DNA of 64,000 nucleotides, from positions 370,450,001 to 370,514,000 of the forward strand of contig OZ024742.1 of assembly GCA_964016885.1 (NCBI GenBank), read 5' to 3'. Each line of letters starts with the position of its first letter. The first letter of the stretch is position 1. The stretch is from Eledone cirrhosa (taxonomy: Eukaryota). The position numbers and the translations under genes are program-made. Below, in pieces: positions 27,701 through 40,600 of the stretch. The notes under the pieces were generated by a model that worked only from the letters and a program-made list of their open reading frames with translations, did no database searches and was not told the origin of the DNA.

Positions 27701-30700
27701 CTTATACTGTCACATTGCTTCTACTAGTGACCTGGTCTTATACTGTCACATTGCTTCTACTGGTGACCTTGTCTTATGCTGTCACATTGCTTCTGCTGGT
27801 GACCGGGTCTTATGCTGTCACATTGCTTCTACTGTTGACCTGGTCTTATACTGTCACATTGCTTCTACTGGTGACTTGGTCTTATGCTGTCACATTGCTT
27901 CTACTGGTGACCTTGTCTTATACTGTCACATTGCTTCTACTAGTGAACTGGTCTTATACTGTCACATTACTTCTACTGGTGACCTGGTCTTATACTGTCA
28001 CATTGCTTCTACTGGTGACCTTGCCTTATGCTGAAACATTGCTTCTACTGGTGACCTGGTCTTATACTGTCACATTGCTTCTACTAGTGACCTGGTCTTA
28101 TACTGTCACGTTGCTTCTACTAGTGCACTGGGCTTATACTGTCACATTGCTTCTACTGGTGACCTGGTCTTATACTGTCACATTGCTTCTACTAGTGACT
28201 GGTCTTATACTGTCACATTGCTTCTACTGGTGACCTGGTCTTATACTGTCACATTGCTTCTACTAGTGACTGGTCTTATACTGTCACATTGCTTCTACTG
28301 GTGACCTGGTCTTATGCTGTCAAATTGCTTCTACTGGTGACCTGGTCTTATGCTGTCACATTGCTTCTACTGGTGACCTGGTCTTATACTGTCACGTTGC
28401 TTCTACTGGTGACCTGGTCTTATACTGTCACATTGCTTCTACTGGTGACCTGGTCTTATATTGTCACATTGCTTCTACTGGTGACCTGGTCTTATGCTGT
28501 CACATTGCTTCTACGGGTGACCTGGTCTTATACTGTCACATTGCTTCTACTGGTGACCTGGTCTTATACTGTCACATTGCTTCTACTAGTGACTGGTCTT
28601 ATACTGTCACATTGCTTCTACTGGTGACCTGGTCTTATACTGTCACATTGCTTCTACTAGTGACTGGTCTTATACTGTCACATTGCTTCTACAGGTGACC
28701 TGGTCTTATGCTGTCAAATTGCTTCTACTGGTGACCTGGTCTTATGCTGTCACATTGCTTCTACTGGTGACCTGGTCTTATACTGTCACGTTGCTTCTAC
28801 TGGTGACCTGGTCTTATACTGTCACATTGCTTCTACTAGTGACATGGTCTTATATTGTCACATTGCTTCTACTGGTGACCTGGTCTTATGCTGTCACATT
28901 GCTTCTACGGGTGACCTGGTCTTATACTGTCACATTGCTTCTACTGGTGACCTTGTCTTATGCTGTCACATTGCTTCTACTGGTGACCTGGTCTTATGCT
29001 ATCACATTGCTTCTACTGGTGACCTGGTCTTATACTGTCACATTGCTTCTACTGGTGACCTGGTCTTATACTGTCACATTGCTTCTAATCGTGACCTGAT
29101 CTTATGCTGTCACATTGCTTCTACTGGTGACCTGGTCTTATACTGTCACATTGCTTCTACTGGTGACCTGGTCTTATGCTGTCACATTGCTTCTACTAGG
29201 GACCTGGTCTTATACTGTCACATTGCTGCTACTAGTGAACTGGTTTTATACTGTCACATTGCTTCTACTAGTGAACTGGTCTTATACTGTCACATTGCTT
29301 CTACTTGTGACCTGGTCTTATACTGTCACATTGCTTCTACTGGTGACCTGGTCTTATACTGTCACATTGCTTCTACTGGTGCGCTTGTCTTATACTGTCA
29401 CATTGCTTCTACTAGTGAACTGGTCTTATGCTGTCACATGGCTTCTACGGTGACCTGGTCTTATACTTTCACATTGCTTCTACTTGTGATATGGTCTTAT
29501 ACTGTCACATTGCTTCTACTGGTGACCTGGTCTTATGCTATCACATTGCTTCTACTGGTGACCTGATCTTATACTGTCACATTGCTTCTACTGGTGACCT
29601 GGTCTTATACTGTCACATTGCTTCTCCTGGTTACCTGGTCTTATGCTGCCACATTGTTTCTACTGGTGACCTGGTCTTATACTGTCACATTGCTTCTAAT
29701 TATGACCTGGTCTTACACTGTCACATTGTTTCTACTGGTGACCTGGTCTTATACTGTCACATTGCTTCTACTGGTGACCTGATCTTATACTGTCACATTG
29801 CTTCTACTGGTGACCTTGTCTTATGCTGTCACATTGCTTCTACTGGTGACCTGGTCTTATGCTGTCACATTGCTTCTACTGTTGACCTGGTCTTATAATG
29901 TCACATTGCTTCTACTGGTGACCTGGTCTTATGCTGTCACATTGCTTCTACTGGTGACCTGGTATTATACTGTCATATTGCTTCTACTAGTGACCTTGTC
30001 TTATACTGTCACATTGCTTCTACTAGTGACCTGGTCTTATACTGTCACATTGCTTCTAGTGGTGACCTGGTCTTATACTGTCACATTGCTTCTACTAGTG
30101 ACCTGGTCTTATACTGTCACATTGCTTCTACTCGTGACCTGGTCTTATGCTGTCACATTGCTTCTACCGGTGACCTTGTCTAATACTGTCACATTGCTTC
30201 TACTAGTGACCTGGTCTTATGCTGTCACATTGCTTCTACTGGTGATCTCGTCTTATACTGTCACATTTCTTCTACTATAGACCTGGTCTTATACTGTCAC
30301 ATTGCTTCTAGTGGTGACCTGGTCTTATACAGTCACATTGCTTCTACTGGTGATCTGGTATTATAATGTCACATTGCTTCTACTGGTGACCTGGTCTTAT
30401 ACTGTCACATTGCTTCTACTGGTGACCTGGTCTTATACTGTCACATTGCTTCTACTGGTGACCTGGTCTTATACTGTCACATTGCTTTTACTAGTGACCT
30501 GGTCTTATACTGTCACGTTGCTTCTAATGGTGACCTGGTCTTATACTATCACATTGCTTCTACTAGTGACCTGGTCTTATACTGTCACATTGCTTCTACT
30601 AGTGACCTGTTCTTATACTGTCACATTGCTTCTACTGGTGACCTGGTCTTATGCTGTCACATTGCTTCTACTGGTGACCTGGTCTTATACTGTCACATTG

Positions 30701-31130
30701 CTTCTACTGGTGACCTGGTCTTATACTATCACATTGCTTCTACTAGTGACCTGGTTTTATACTGTCACATTGCTTCTACTGGTGACCTGGTCTTATACTG
30801 TCACATTGCTTCTACTAGAGACCTGGTTTTATACTGTCACATTGCTTCTACTGGTGACCTGGTCTTATACTGTCACATTGCTTCTACTAGTGACCTGGTC
30901 TTATACTGGCACATTGCTTCTACTGGTGACCTGGTCTTATACTATCACATTGCTTCTACTAGTGACCTGGTCTTATACTGTCACATCGCTTCTACTGGTG
31001 ACCTGGTCTTATACTGTCACATTGCTTCTGCTAGTGACCTGGTCTTATACTGTCACATTGCTTCTACTAGTGACTGGTCTTATACTGTCACATTGCTTCT
31101 ACTGGTGACCTGGTCTTATACTGTCACATT
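18795..31130. repeat. 5032-bp period (140 monomers, eight of them 35 bp), about 2.4 copies
   Basis: Offset of 5032 for ORFs 19364/24396/29428, 20238/25270/30302, 21567/26599 and 23651/28683. 140x36-8=5032. Confidence 0.93.
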
Positions 31131-34100
31131 GTTTCTACTGGTGACCTGGTCTTATACTGTCACATTGCTTCTACAGGTGACCTGGTCTTATACTGTCACA
31201 TTGCTTCTACTGGTGACCTGGTCTTATACTGTCACATTGTTTCTACTGGTTAACTGGCCTTATGCTGTCACATTGCTTCTACTGGTTAACTGGTCTTATG
31301 CTGTCACATTGCTTCTACAGGTGACCTGGTCTTATGCTGTCACATTGCTTCTACAGGTGACCTGGTCATATACTGTCACATTGCTTCTACTGGTGACCTG
31401 GTCTTATACTGTCACATTGCTTTTACTGGTGACTTGGTCTTATACTGTCACATTGCTTCTACTGGTGACCTGGTCTGATACTGTCACATTGCTTCTACTG
31501 GTGAACTTCTCTTATCCTGTCACATTGCTTCTAATAGTGAACTGGTCTTATACTGTCACATTGCTTCTACTGGTGACCTGGTCTTATGCTGTCACATTGC
31601 TTCTACAGGTGACCTGGTCTTATACTGTCACATTGCTTCTACTGGTGACCTGGCCTTATGCTGACACATTGCTTCTACTGGTGACCTTGTCTTATGCTGT
31701 CACATTGCTTCTACTGGTGACCTTGTCTTATGCTGTCACATTGCTTCTACAGGTGACCTGGTCTTATACTGTCACATTGCTTCTACTGGTGACCTGGTCT
31801 TATGCTGTCACATTGCTTCTACGGGTGACCTGGTCTTATACTGTCACATTGCTTCTACTGGTGACCTTGTCTTATGCTGTCACATTGCTTCTACTGGTGA
31901 CCTGGTCTTATGCTATCACATTGCTTCTACTGGTGACCTGGTCTTATACTGTCACATTGCTTCTACTGGTGACCTGGTCTTATACTGTCACATTGCTTCT
32001 AATCGTGACCTGATCTTATGCTGTCACATTGCTTCTACTGGTGACCTGGTCTTATACTGTCACATTGCTTCTACTGGTGACCTGGTCTTATGCTGTCACA
32101 TTGCTTCTACTAGGGACCTGGTCTTATACTGTCACATTGCTGCTACTAGTGAACTGGTTTTATACTGTCACATTGCTTCTACTAGTGAACTGGTCTTATA
32201 CTGTCACATTGCTTCTACTTGTGACCTGGTCTTATACTGTCACATTGCTTCTACTGGTGACCTGGTCTTATACTGTCACATTGCTTCTACTGGTGCGCTT
32301 GTCTTATACAGTCACATTGCTTCTACTAGTGAACTGGTCTTATGCTGTCACATGGCTTCTACGGTGACCTGGTCTTATACTTTCACATTGCTTCTACTTG
32401 TGATATGGTCTTATACTGTCACATTGCTTCTACTGGTGACCTGGTCTTATGCTATCACATTGCTTCTACTGGTGACCTGATCTTATACTGTCACATTGCT
32501 TCTACTGGTGACCTGGTCTTATACTGTCACATTGCTTCTCCTGGTTACCTGGTCTTATGCTGCCACATTGTTTCTACTGGTGACCTGGTCTTATACTGTC
32601 ACATTGCTTCTAATTATGACCTGGTCTTACACTGTCACATTGTTTCTACTGGTGACCTGGTCTTATACTGTCACATTGCTTCTACTGGTGACCTGATCTT
32701 ATACTGTCACATTGCTTCTACTGGTGACCTTGTCTTATGCTGTCACATTGCTTCTACTGGTGACCTGGTCTTATGCTGTCACATTGCTTCTACTGTTGAC
32801 CTGGTCTTATAATGTCACATTGCTTCTACTGGTGACCTGGTCTTATGCTGTCACATTGCTTCTACTGGTGACCTGGTATTATACTGTCATATTGCTTCTA
32901 CTAGTGACCTTGTCTTATACTGTCACATTGCTTCTACTAGTGACCTGGTCTTATACTGTCACATTGCTTCTAGTGGTGACCTGGTCTTATACTGTCACAT
33001 TGCTTCTACTAGTGACCTGGTCTTATACTGTCACATTGCTTCTTCTCGTGACCTGGTCTTATGCTGTCACATTGCTTCTACTGGTGACCTTGTCTAATAC
33101 TGTCACATTGCTTCTACTAGTGACCTGGTCTTATGCTGTCACATTGCTTCTACTGGTGATCTCGTCTTATACTGTCACATTTCTTCTACTATAGACCTGG
33201 TCTTATACTGTCACATTGCTTCTAGTGGTGACCTGGTCTTATACAGTCACATTGCTTCTACTGGTGATCTGGTATTATAATGTCACATTGCTTCTACTGG
33301 TGACCTGGTCTTATACTGTCACATTGCTTCTACTGGTGACCTGGTCTTATACTGTCACATTGCTTCTACTGGTGACCTGGTCTTATACTGTCACATTGCT
33401 TTTACTAGTGACCTGGTCTTATACTGTCACGTTGCTTCTAATGGTGACCTGGTCTTATACTATCACATTGCTTCTACTAGTGACCTGGTCTTATACTGTC
33501 ACATTGCTTCTACTAGTGACCTGTTCTTATACTGTCACATTGCTTCTACTGGTGACCTGGTCTTATGCTGTCACATTGCTTCTACTGGTGACCTGGTCTT
33601 ATACTGTCACATTGCTTCTACTGGTGACCTGGTCTTATACTATCACATTGCTTCTACTAGTGACCTGGTCTTATACTGTCACATTGCTTCTACTGGTGAC
33701 CTGGTCTTATACTGTCACATTGCTTCTACTAGAGACCTGGTTTTATACTGTCACATTGCTTCTACTGGTGACCTGGTCTTATACTGTCACATTGCTTCTA
33801 CTAGTGACCTGGTCTTATACTGGCACATTGCTTCTACTGGTGACCTGGTCTTATACTATCACATTGCTTCTACTAGTGACCTGGTCTTATACTGTCACAT
33901 CACTTCTACTGGTGACCTGGTCTTATACTGTCACATTGCTTCTACTAGTGACCTGGTCTTATACTGTCACATTGCTTCTACTAGTGACTGGTCTTATACT
34001 GTCACATTGCTTCTACTGGTGACCTGGTCTTATACTGTCACATTGTTTCTACTGGTGACCTGGTCTTATACTGTCACATTGCTTCTACAGGTGACCTGGT

Positions 34101-34785
34101 CTTATACTGTCACATTGCTTCTACTGGTGACCTGGTCTTATACTGTCACATTGTTTCTACTGGTTAACTGGCCTTATGCTGTCACATTGCTTCTACTGGT
34201 TAACTGGTCTTATGCTGTCACATTGCTTCTACAGGTGACCTGGTCTTATGCTGTCACATTGCTTCTACAGGTGACCTGGTCATATACTGTCACATTGCTT
34301 CTACTGGTGACCTGGTCTTATACTGTCACATTGCTTTTACTGGTGACTTGGTCTTATACTGTCACATTGCTTCTACTGGTGACCTGGTCTTATACTGTCA
34401 CATTGCTTCTACTGGTGAACTTGTCTTATCCTGTCACATTGCTTCTAATAGTGAACTGGTCTTATACTGTCACATTGCTTCTACTGGTGACCTGGTCTTA
34501 TGCTGTCACATTGCTTCTACAGGTGACCTGGTCTTATACTGTCACATTGCTTCTACTGGTGACCTGGCCTTATGCTGACACATTGCTTCTACTGGTGACC
34601 TTGTCTTATGCTGTCACATTACTTCTACTGGTGACCTTGTCTTATGCTGTCACATTGCTTCTACAGGTGACCTGGTCTTATACTGTCACATTGCTTCTAC
34701 TGGTTACCTGGTGTTATTCTGCCACATTGTTTCTACTGGTGACCTTGTCTTATACTGTCATATTGCTTCTACTGGTGACCTGGTC

Positions 34786-37655
34786 TTATACTGTCACATT
34801 GCTTCTACTAGTGACCTGGTCTTATACTGTCACATTGCTTCTACTGGTGACCTTGTCTTATGCTGTCACATTGCTTCTACTGGTGACCGGGTCTTATGCT
34901 GTCACATTGCTTCTACTGTTGACCTGGTCTTATACTGTCACATTGCTTCTACTGGTGACTTGGTCTTATGCTGTCACATTGCTTCTACTGGTGACCTTGT
35001 CTTATACTGTCACATTGCTTCTACTAGTGAACTGGTCTTATACTGTCACATTACTTCTACTGGTGACCTGGTCTTATACTGTCACATTGCTTCTACTGGT
35101 GACCTTGCCTTATGCTGAAACATTGCTTCTACTGGTGACCTGGACTTATACTGTCACATTGCTTCTACTAGTGACCTGGTCTTATACTGTCACGTTGCTT
35201 CTACTAGTGCACTGGGCTTATACTGTCACATTGCTTCTACTGGTGACCTGGTCTTATACTGTCACATTGTTCTACTAGTGACTGGTCTTATACTGTCACA
35301 TTGCTTCTACTGGTGACCTGTTCTTATACTGTCACATTGCTTCTACTAGTGACTGGTCTTATACTGTCACATTGCTTCTACTGGTGACCTGGTCTTATGC
35401 TGTCAAATTGCTTCTACTGGTGACCTGGTCTTATGCTGTCACATTGCTTCTACTGGTGACCTGGTCTTATACTGTCACGTTGCTTCTACTGGTGAACTGG
35501 TCTTATACTGTCACATTGCTTCTACTAGTGACATGGTCTTATATTGTCACATTGCTTCTACTGGTGACCTGGTCTTATGCTGTCACATTGCTTCTACGGG
35601 TGACCTGGTCTTATACTGTCACATTGCTTCTACTGGTGACCTGGTCTTATACTGTCACATTGCTTCTACTAGTGACTGGTCTTATACTGTCACATTGCTT
35701 CTACTGGTGACCTGGTCTTATACTGTCACATTGCTTCTACTAGTGACTGCTCTTATACTGTCACATTGCTTCTACTGGTGACCTGGTCTTATGCTGTCAA
35801 ATTGCTTCTACTGGTGACCTGGTCTTATGCTGTCACATTGCTTCTACTGGTGACCTGGTCTTATACTGTCACGTTGCTTCTACTGGTGACCTGGTCTTAT
35901 ACTGTCACATTGCTTCTACTAGTGACATGGTCTTATATTGTCACATTGCTTCTAATGGTGACCTGGTCTTATGCTGTCACATTGCTTTTACGGGTGACCT
36001 GGTCTTATACTGTCACATTGCTTCTACTGGTGACCTTGTCTTATGCTGTCACATTGCTTCTACTGGTGACCTGGTCTTATGCTGTCACATTGCTTCTACT
36101 GGTGACCTGGTCTTATACTGTCACATTGCTTCTACTGGTGACCTGGTCTTATACTGTCACATTGCTTCTACTGGTGACCTGGTCTTATACTGTCACATTG
36201 CTTCTAATCGTGACCTGATCTTATACTGTCACATTGCTTCTACTAGTGACCTGGTCTTATACTGTCACATTGCTTCTACTGGTGATCTTGTCTTATGCTG
36301 TCACATTGCTTCTACTGGTGACCGGGTCTTATGCTGTCACATTGCTTCTACTGTTGACCTGGTCTTATACTGTCACATTGCTTCTACTGGTGACTTGGTC
36401 TTATGCTGTCACATTGCTTCTACTGGTGACCTTGTCTTATACTGTCACATTGCTTCTACTAGTGAACTGGTCTTATACTGTCACATTACTTCTACTGGTG
36501 ACCTGGTCTTATACTGTCACATTGCTTCTACTGGTGACCTTGCCTTATGCTGGAACATTGCTTCTACTGGTGACCTGGTCTTATACTGTCACATTGCTTC
36601 TACTAGTGACCTGGTCTTATACTGTCACGTTGCTTCTACTAGTGCACTGGGCTTATACTGTCACATTGCTTCTACTGGTGACCTGGTCTTATACTGTCAC
36701 ATTGTTCTACTAGTGACTGGTCTTATACTGTCACATTGCTTCTACTGGTGACCTGTTCTTATACTGTCACATTGCTTCTACTAGTGACTGGTCTTATACT
36801 GTCACATTGCTTCTACTGGTGACCTGGTCTTATGCTGTCAAATTGCTTCTACTGGTGACCTGGTCTTATGCTGTCACATTGCTTCTACTGGGGACCTGGT
36901 CTTATACTGTCACGTTGCTTCTACTGGTGACCTGGTCTTATACTGTCACATTGCTTCTACTAGTGACATGGTCTTATATTGTCACATTGCTTCTACTGGT
37001 GACCTGGTCTTATGCTGTCACATTGCTTCTACGGGTGACCTGGTCTTATACTGTCACATTGCTTCTACTGGTGACCTGGTCTTATACTGTCACATTGCTT
37101 CTACTAGTGACTGGTCTTATACTGTCACATTGCTTCTACTGGTGACCTGGTCTTATACTGTCACATTGCTTCTACTAGTGACTGCTCTTATACTGTCACA
37201 TTGCTTCTACTGGTGACCTGGTCTTATGCTGTCAAATTGCTTCTACTGGTGACCTGGTCTTATGCTGTCACATTGCTTCTACTGGTGACCTGGTCTTATA
37301 CTGTCACGTTGCTTCTACTGGTGACCTGGTCTTATACTGTCACGTTGCTTCTACTAGTGACATGGTCTTATATTGTCACATTGCTTCTAATGGTGACCTG
37401 GTCTTATGCTGTCACATTGCTTCTACGGGTGACCTGGTCTTATACTGTCACATTGCTTCTACTGGTGACCTTGTCTTATGCTGTCACATTGCTTCTACTG
37501 GTGACCTGGTCTTATGCTGTCACATTGCTTCTACTGGTGACCTGGTGTTATACTGTCACATTGCTTCTACTGGTGACCTGGTCTTATACTGTCACATTGC
37601 TTCTACTGGTGACCTGGTCTTATACTGTCACATTGCTTCTAATCGTGACCTGATC
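34786..37655. repeat. Tandem duplication, 2 x 1435 bp (40 monomers, five 1-bp deletions)
   Basis: Offset of 1435 for ORFs 35372/36807, 35766/37201 and 35927/37362. Private markers CATTGTTCTACTAG (~35265/36700) and GACTGCTC (~35745/37180). Confidence 0.92.
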
Positions 37656-40600
37656 TTATGCTGTCACATTGCTTCTACTGGTGACCTGGTCTTATACTGT
37701 CACATTGCTTCTACTGGTGACATGGTCTTATACTGTCACATTGCTTCTACTGGTGACCTGGTCTTATGCTATCACATTGCTTCTACTAGGGACCTGGTCT
37801 TATACTGTCACGTTGCTTCTAATGGTGACCTGGTCTTATACTATCACATTGCTTCTACTAGTGACCTGGTCTTATACTGTCACATTGCTTCTACTAGTGA
37901 CCTGTTCTTATACTGTCACATTGCTTCTACTTGTGACCTGGTCTTATACTGTCACATTGCTTCTACTGGTGACCTGGTCTTATACTGTCACATTGCTTCT
38001 ACTGGTGCGCTTGTCTTATACTGTCACATTGCTTCTACTAGTGAACTGGTCTTATGCTGTCACATGGCTTCTACGGTGACCTGGTCTTATACTTTCACAT
38101 TGCTTCTACTTGTGATATGGTCTTATACTGTCACATTGCTTCTAATTATGATCTGGTCTTACACTGTCACATTGTTTCTACTGGTGACCTGGTCTTATAC
38201 TGTCACATTGCTTCTACTGGTGACCTGATCTTATACTGTCACATTGCTTCTACTGGTGACCTTGTCTTATGCTGTCACATTGCTTCTACTGGTGACCTGG
38301 TCTTATGCTGTCACATTGCTTCTACTGTTGACCTGGTCTTATAATGTCACATTGCTTCTACTGGTGACCTGGTCTTATGCTGTCACATTGCTTCTACTGG
38401 TGACCTGGTATTATACTGTCATATTGCTTCTACTAGTGACCTTGTCTTATACTGTCACATTGCTTCTACTAGTGACCTGGTCTTATACTGTCACATTGCT
38501 TCTAGTGGTGACCTGGTCTTATACTGTCACGTTGCTTCTACTAGTGACCTGGTCTTATACTGTCACATTGCTTCTACTCGTGACCTGGTCTTATGCTGTC
38601 ACATTGCTTCTACTGGTGACCTTGTCTTATACTGTCACATTGCTTCTACTAGTGACCTGGTCTTATGCTGTCACATTGCTTCTACTGGTGATCTCGTCTT
38701 ATACTGTCACATTTCTTCTACTATAGACCTGGTCTTATACTGTCACATTGCTTCTAGTGGTGACCTGGTCTTATACAGTCACATTGCTTCTACTGGTGAT
38801 CTGGTCTTATAATGTCACATTGCTTCTACTGGTGACCTGGTCTTATACTGTCACATTGCTTCTACTGGTGACCTGGTCTTATACTGTCACATTCCTTCTA
38901 CTGGTGACCTGGTCTTATACTGTCACATTGCTTCTACTAGTGACCTGGTCTTATACTGTCACGTTGCTTCTAATGGTGACCTGGTCTTATACTATCACAT
39001 TGCTTCTACTAGTGACCTGGTCTTATACTGTCACATTGCTTCTACTAGTGACCTGTTCTTATACTGTCACATTGCTTCTACTGGTGACCTGGTCTTATGC
39101 TGTCACATTGCTTCTACTGGTGACCTGGTCTTATACTGTCACATTGCTTCTACTGGTGACCTGGTCTTATACTATCACATTGCTTCTACTAGTGACCTGG
39201 TCTTATACTGTCACATCGCTTCTACTGGTGACCTGGTCTTATACTGTCACATTGCTTCTACTAGAGACCTGGTTTTATACTGTCACATTGCTTCTACTGG
39301 TGACCTGGTCTTATACTGTCACATTGCTTCTACTAGTGACCTGGTCTTATACTGGCACATTGCTTCTACTGGTGACCTGGTCTTATACTATCACATTGCT
39401 TCTACTAGTGACCTGGTCTTATACTGTCACATCGCTTCTACTGGTGACCTGGTCTTATACTGTCACATTGCTTCTACTAGTGACCTGGTCTTATACTGTC
39501 ACATTGCTTCTACTAGTGACTGGTCTTATACTGTCACATTGCTTCTACTGGTGACCTGGTCTTATACTGTCACATTGCTTCTACTGGTGACCTGGTCTTA
39601 TACTGTCACATTGCTTCTACAGGTGACATGGTCATATACTGTCACATTTCTTCTACTAGTGACCAGGTCTTATACTGTCACATTGCTTCTACTGGTGACC
39701 TTGTCTTATGCTGTCACATTGCTTCTACTGGTGACCTGGTCTTATGCTGTCACATTGCGTCTACTGTTGACCTGGTCTTATACTGTCACATTGCTTCTAC
39801 TATTGACCTGGTCTTACACTGTCACATTGCTTCTACTGGTGACCTGGTCTTATACTGTCACATTGCTTCTACTGGTGACCTGGTCTTATACTGTCACATT
39901 GCTTCTACTGGTGACCTGGTCTTATACTGTCACATTGCTTCTACTGGTGACCTGGTCTTATACTGTCACATTGTTTCTACTGGTTAACTGGCCTTATGCT
40001 GTCACATTGCTTCTACTGGTTAACTGGTCTTATGCTGTCACATTGCTTCTACAGGTGACCTGGTCTTATGCTGTCACATTGCTTCTACAGGTGACCTGCT
40101 CATATACTGTCACATTGCTTCTACTGGTGACCTGGTCTTATACTGTCACATTGCTTCTACTGGTGACGTGGTCTTATACTGTCAGATTGCTTCTACTGGT
40201 GACCTGGTCTTATACTGTCACATTGCTTTTACTGGTGACTTGGTCTTATACTGTCACATTGCTTCTACTGGTGACCTGGTCTTATACTGTCACATTGCTT
40301 CTACTGGTGAACTTCTCTTATCCTGTCATATTGCTTCTAATAGTGAACTGGTCTTATACTGTCACATTGCTTCTACTGGTGACCTGGTCTTATGCTGTCA
40401 CATTGCTTCTACAGGTGACCTGGTCTTATACTGTCACATTGCTTCTACTGGTGACCTGGCCTTATGCTGACACATTGCTTCTACTGGTGACCTTGTCTTA
40501 TGCTGTCACATTGCTTCTACTGGTGACCTTGTCTTATGCTGTCACATTGCTTCTACAGGTGACCTGGTCTTATACTGTCACATTGCTTCTACTGGTTACC

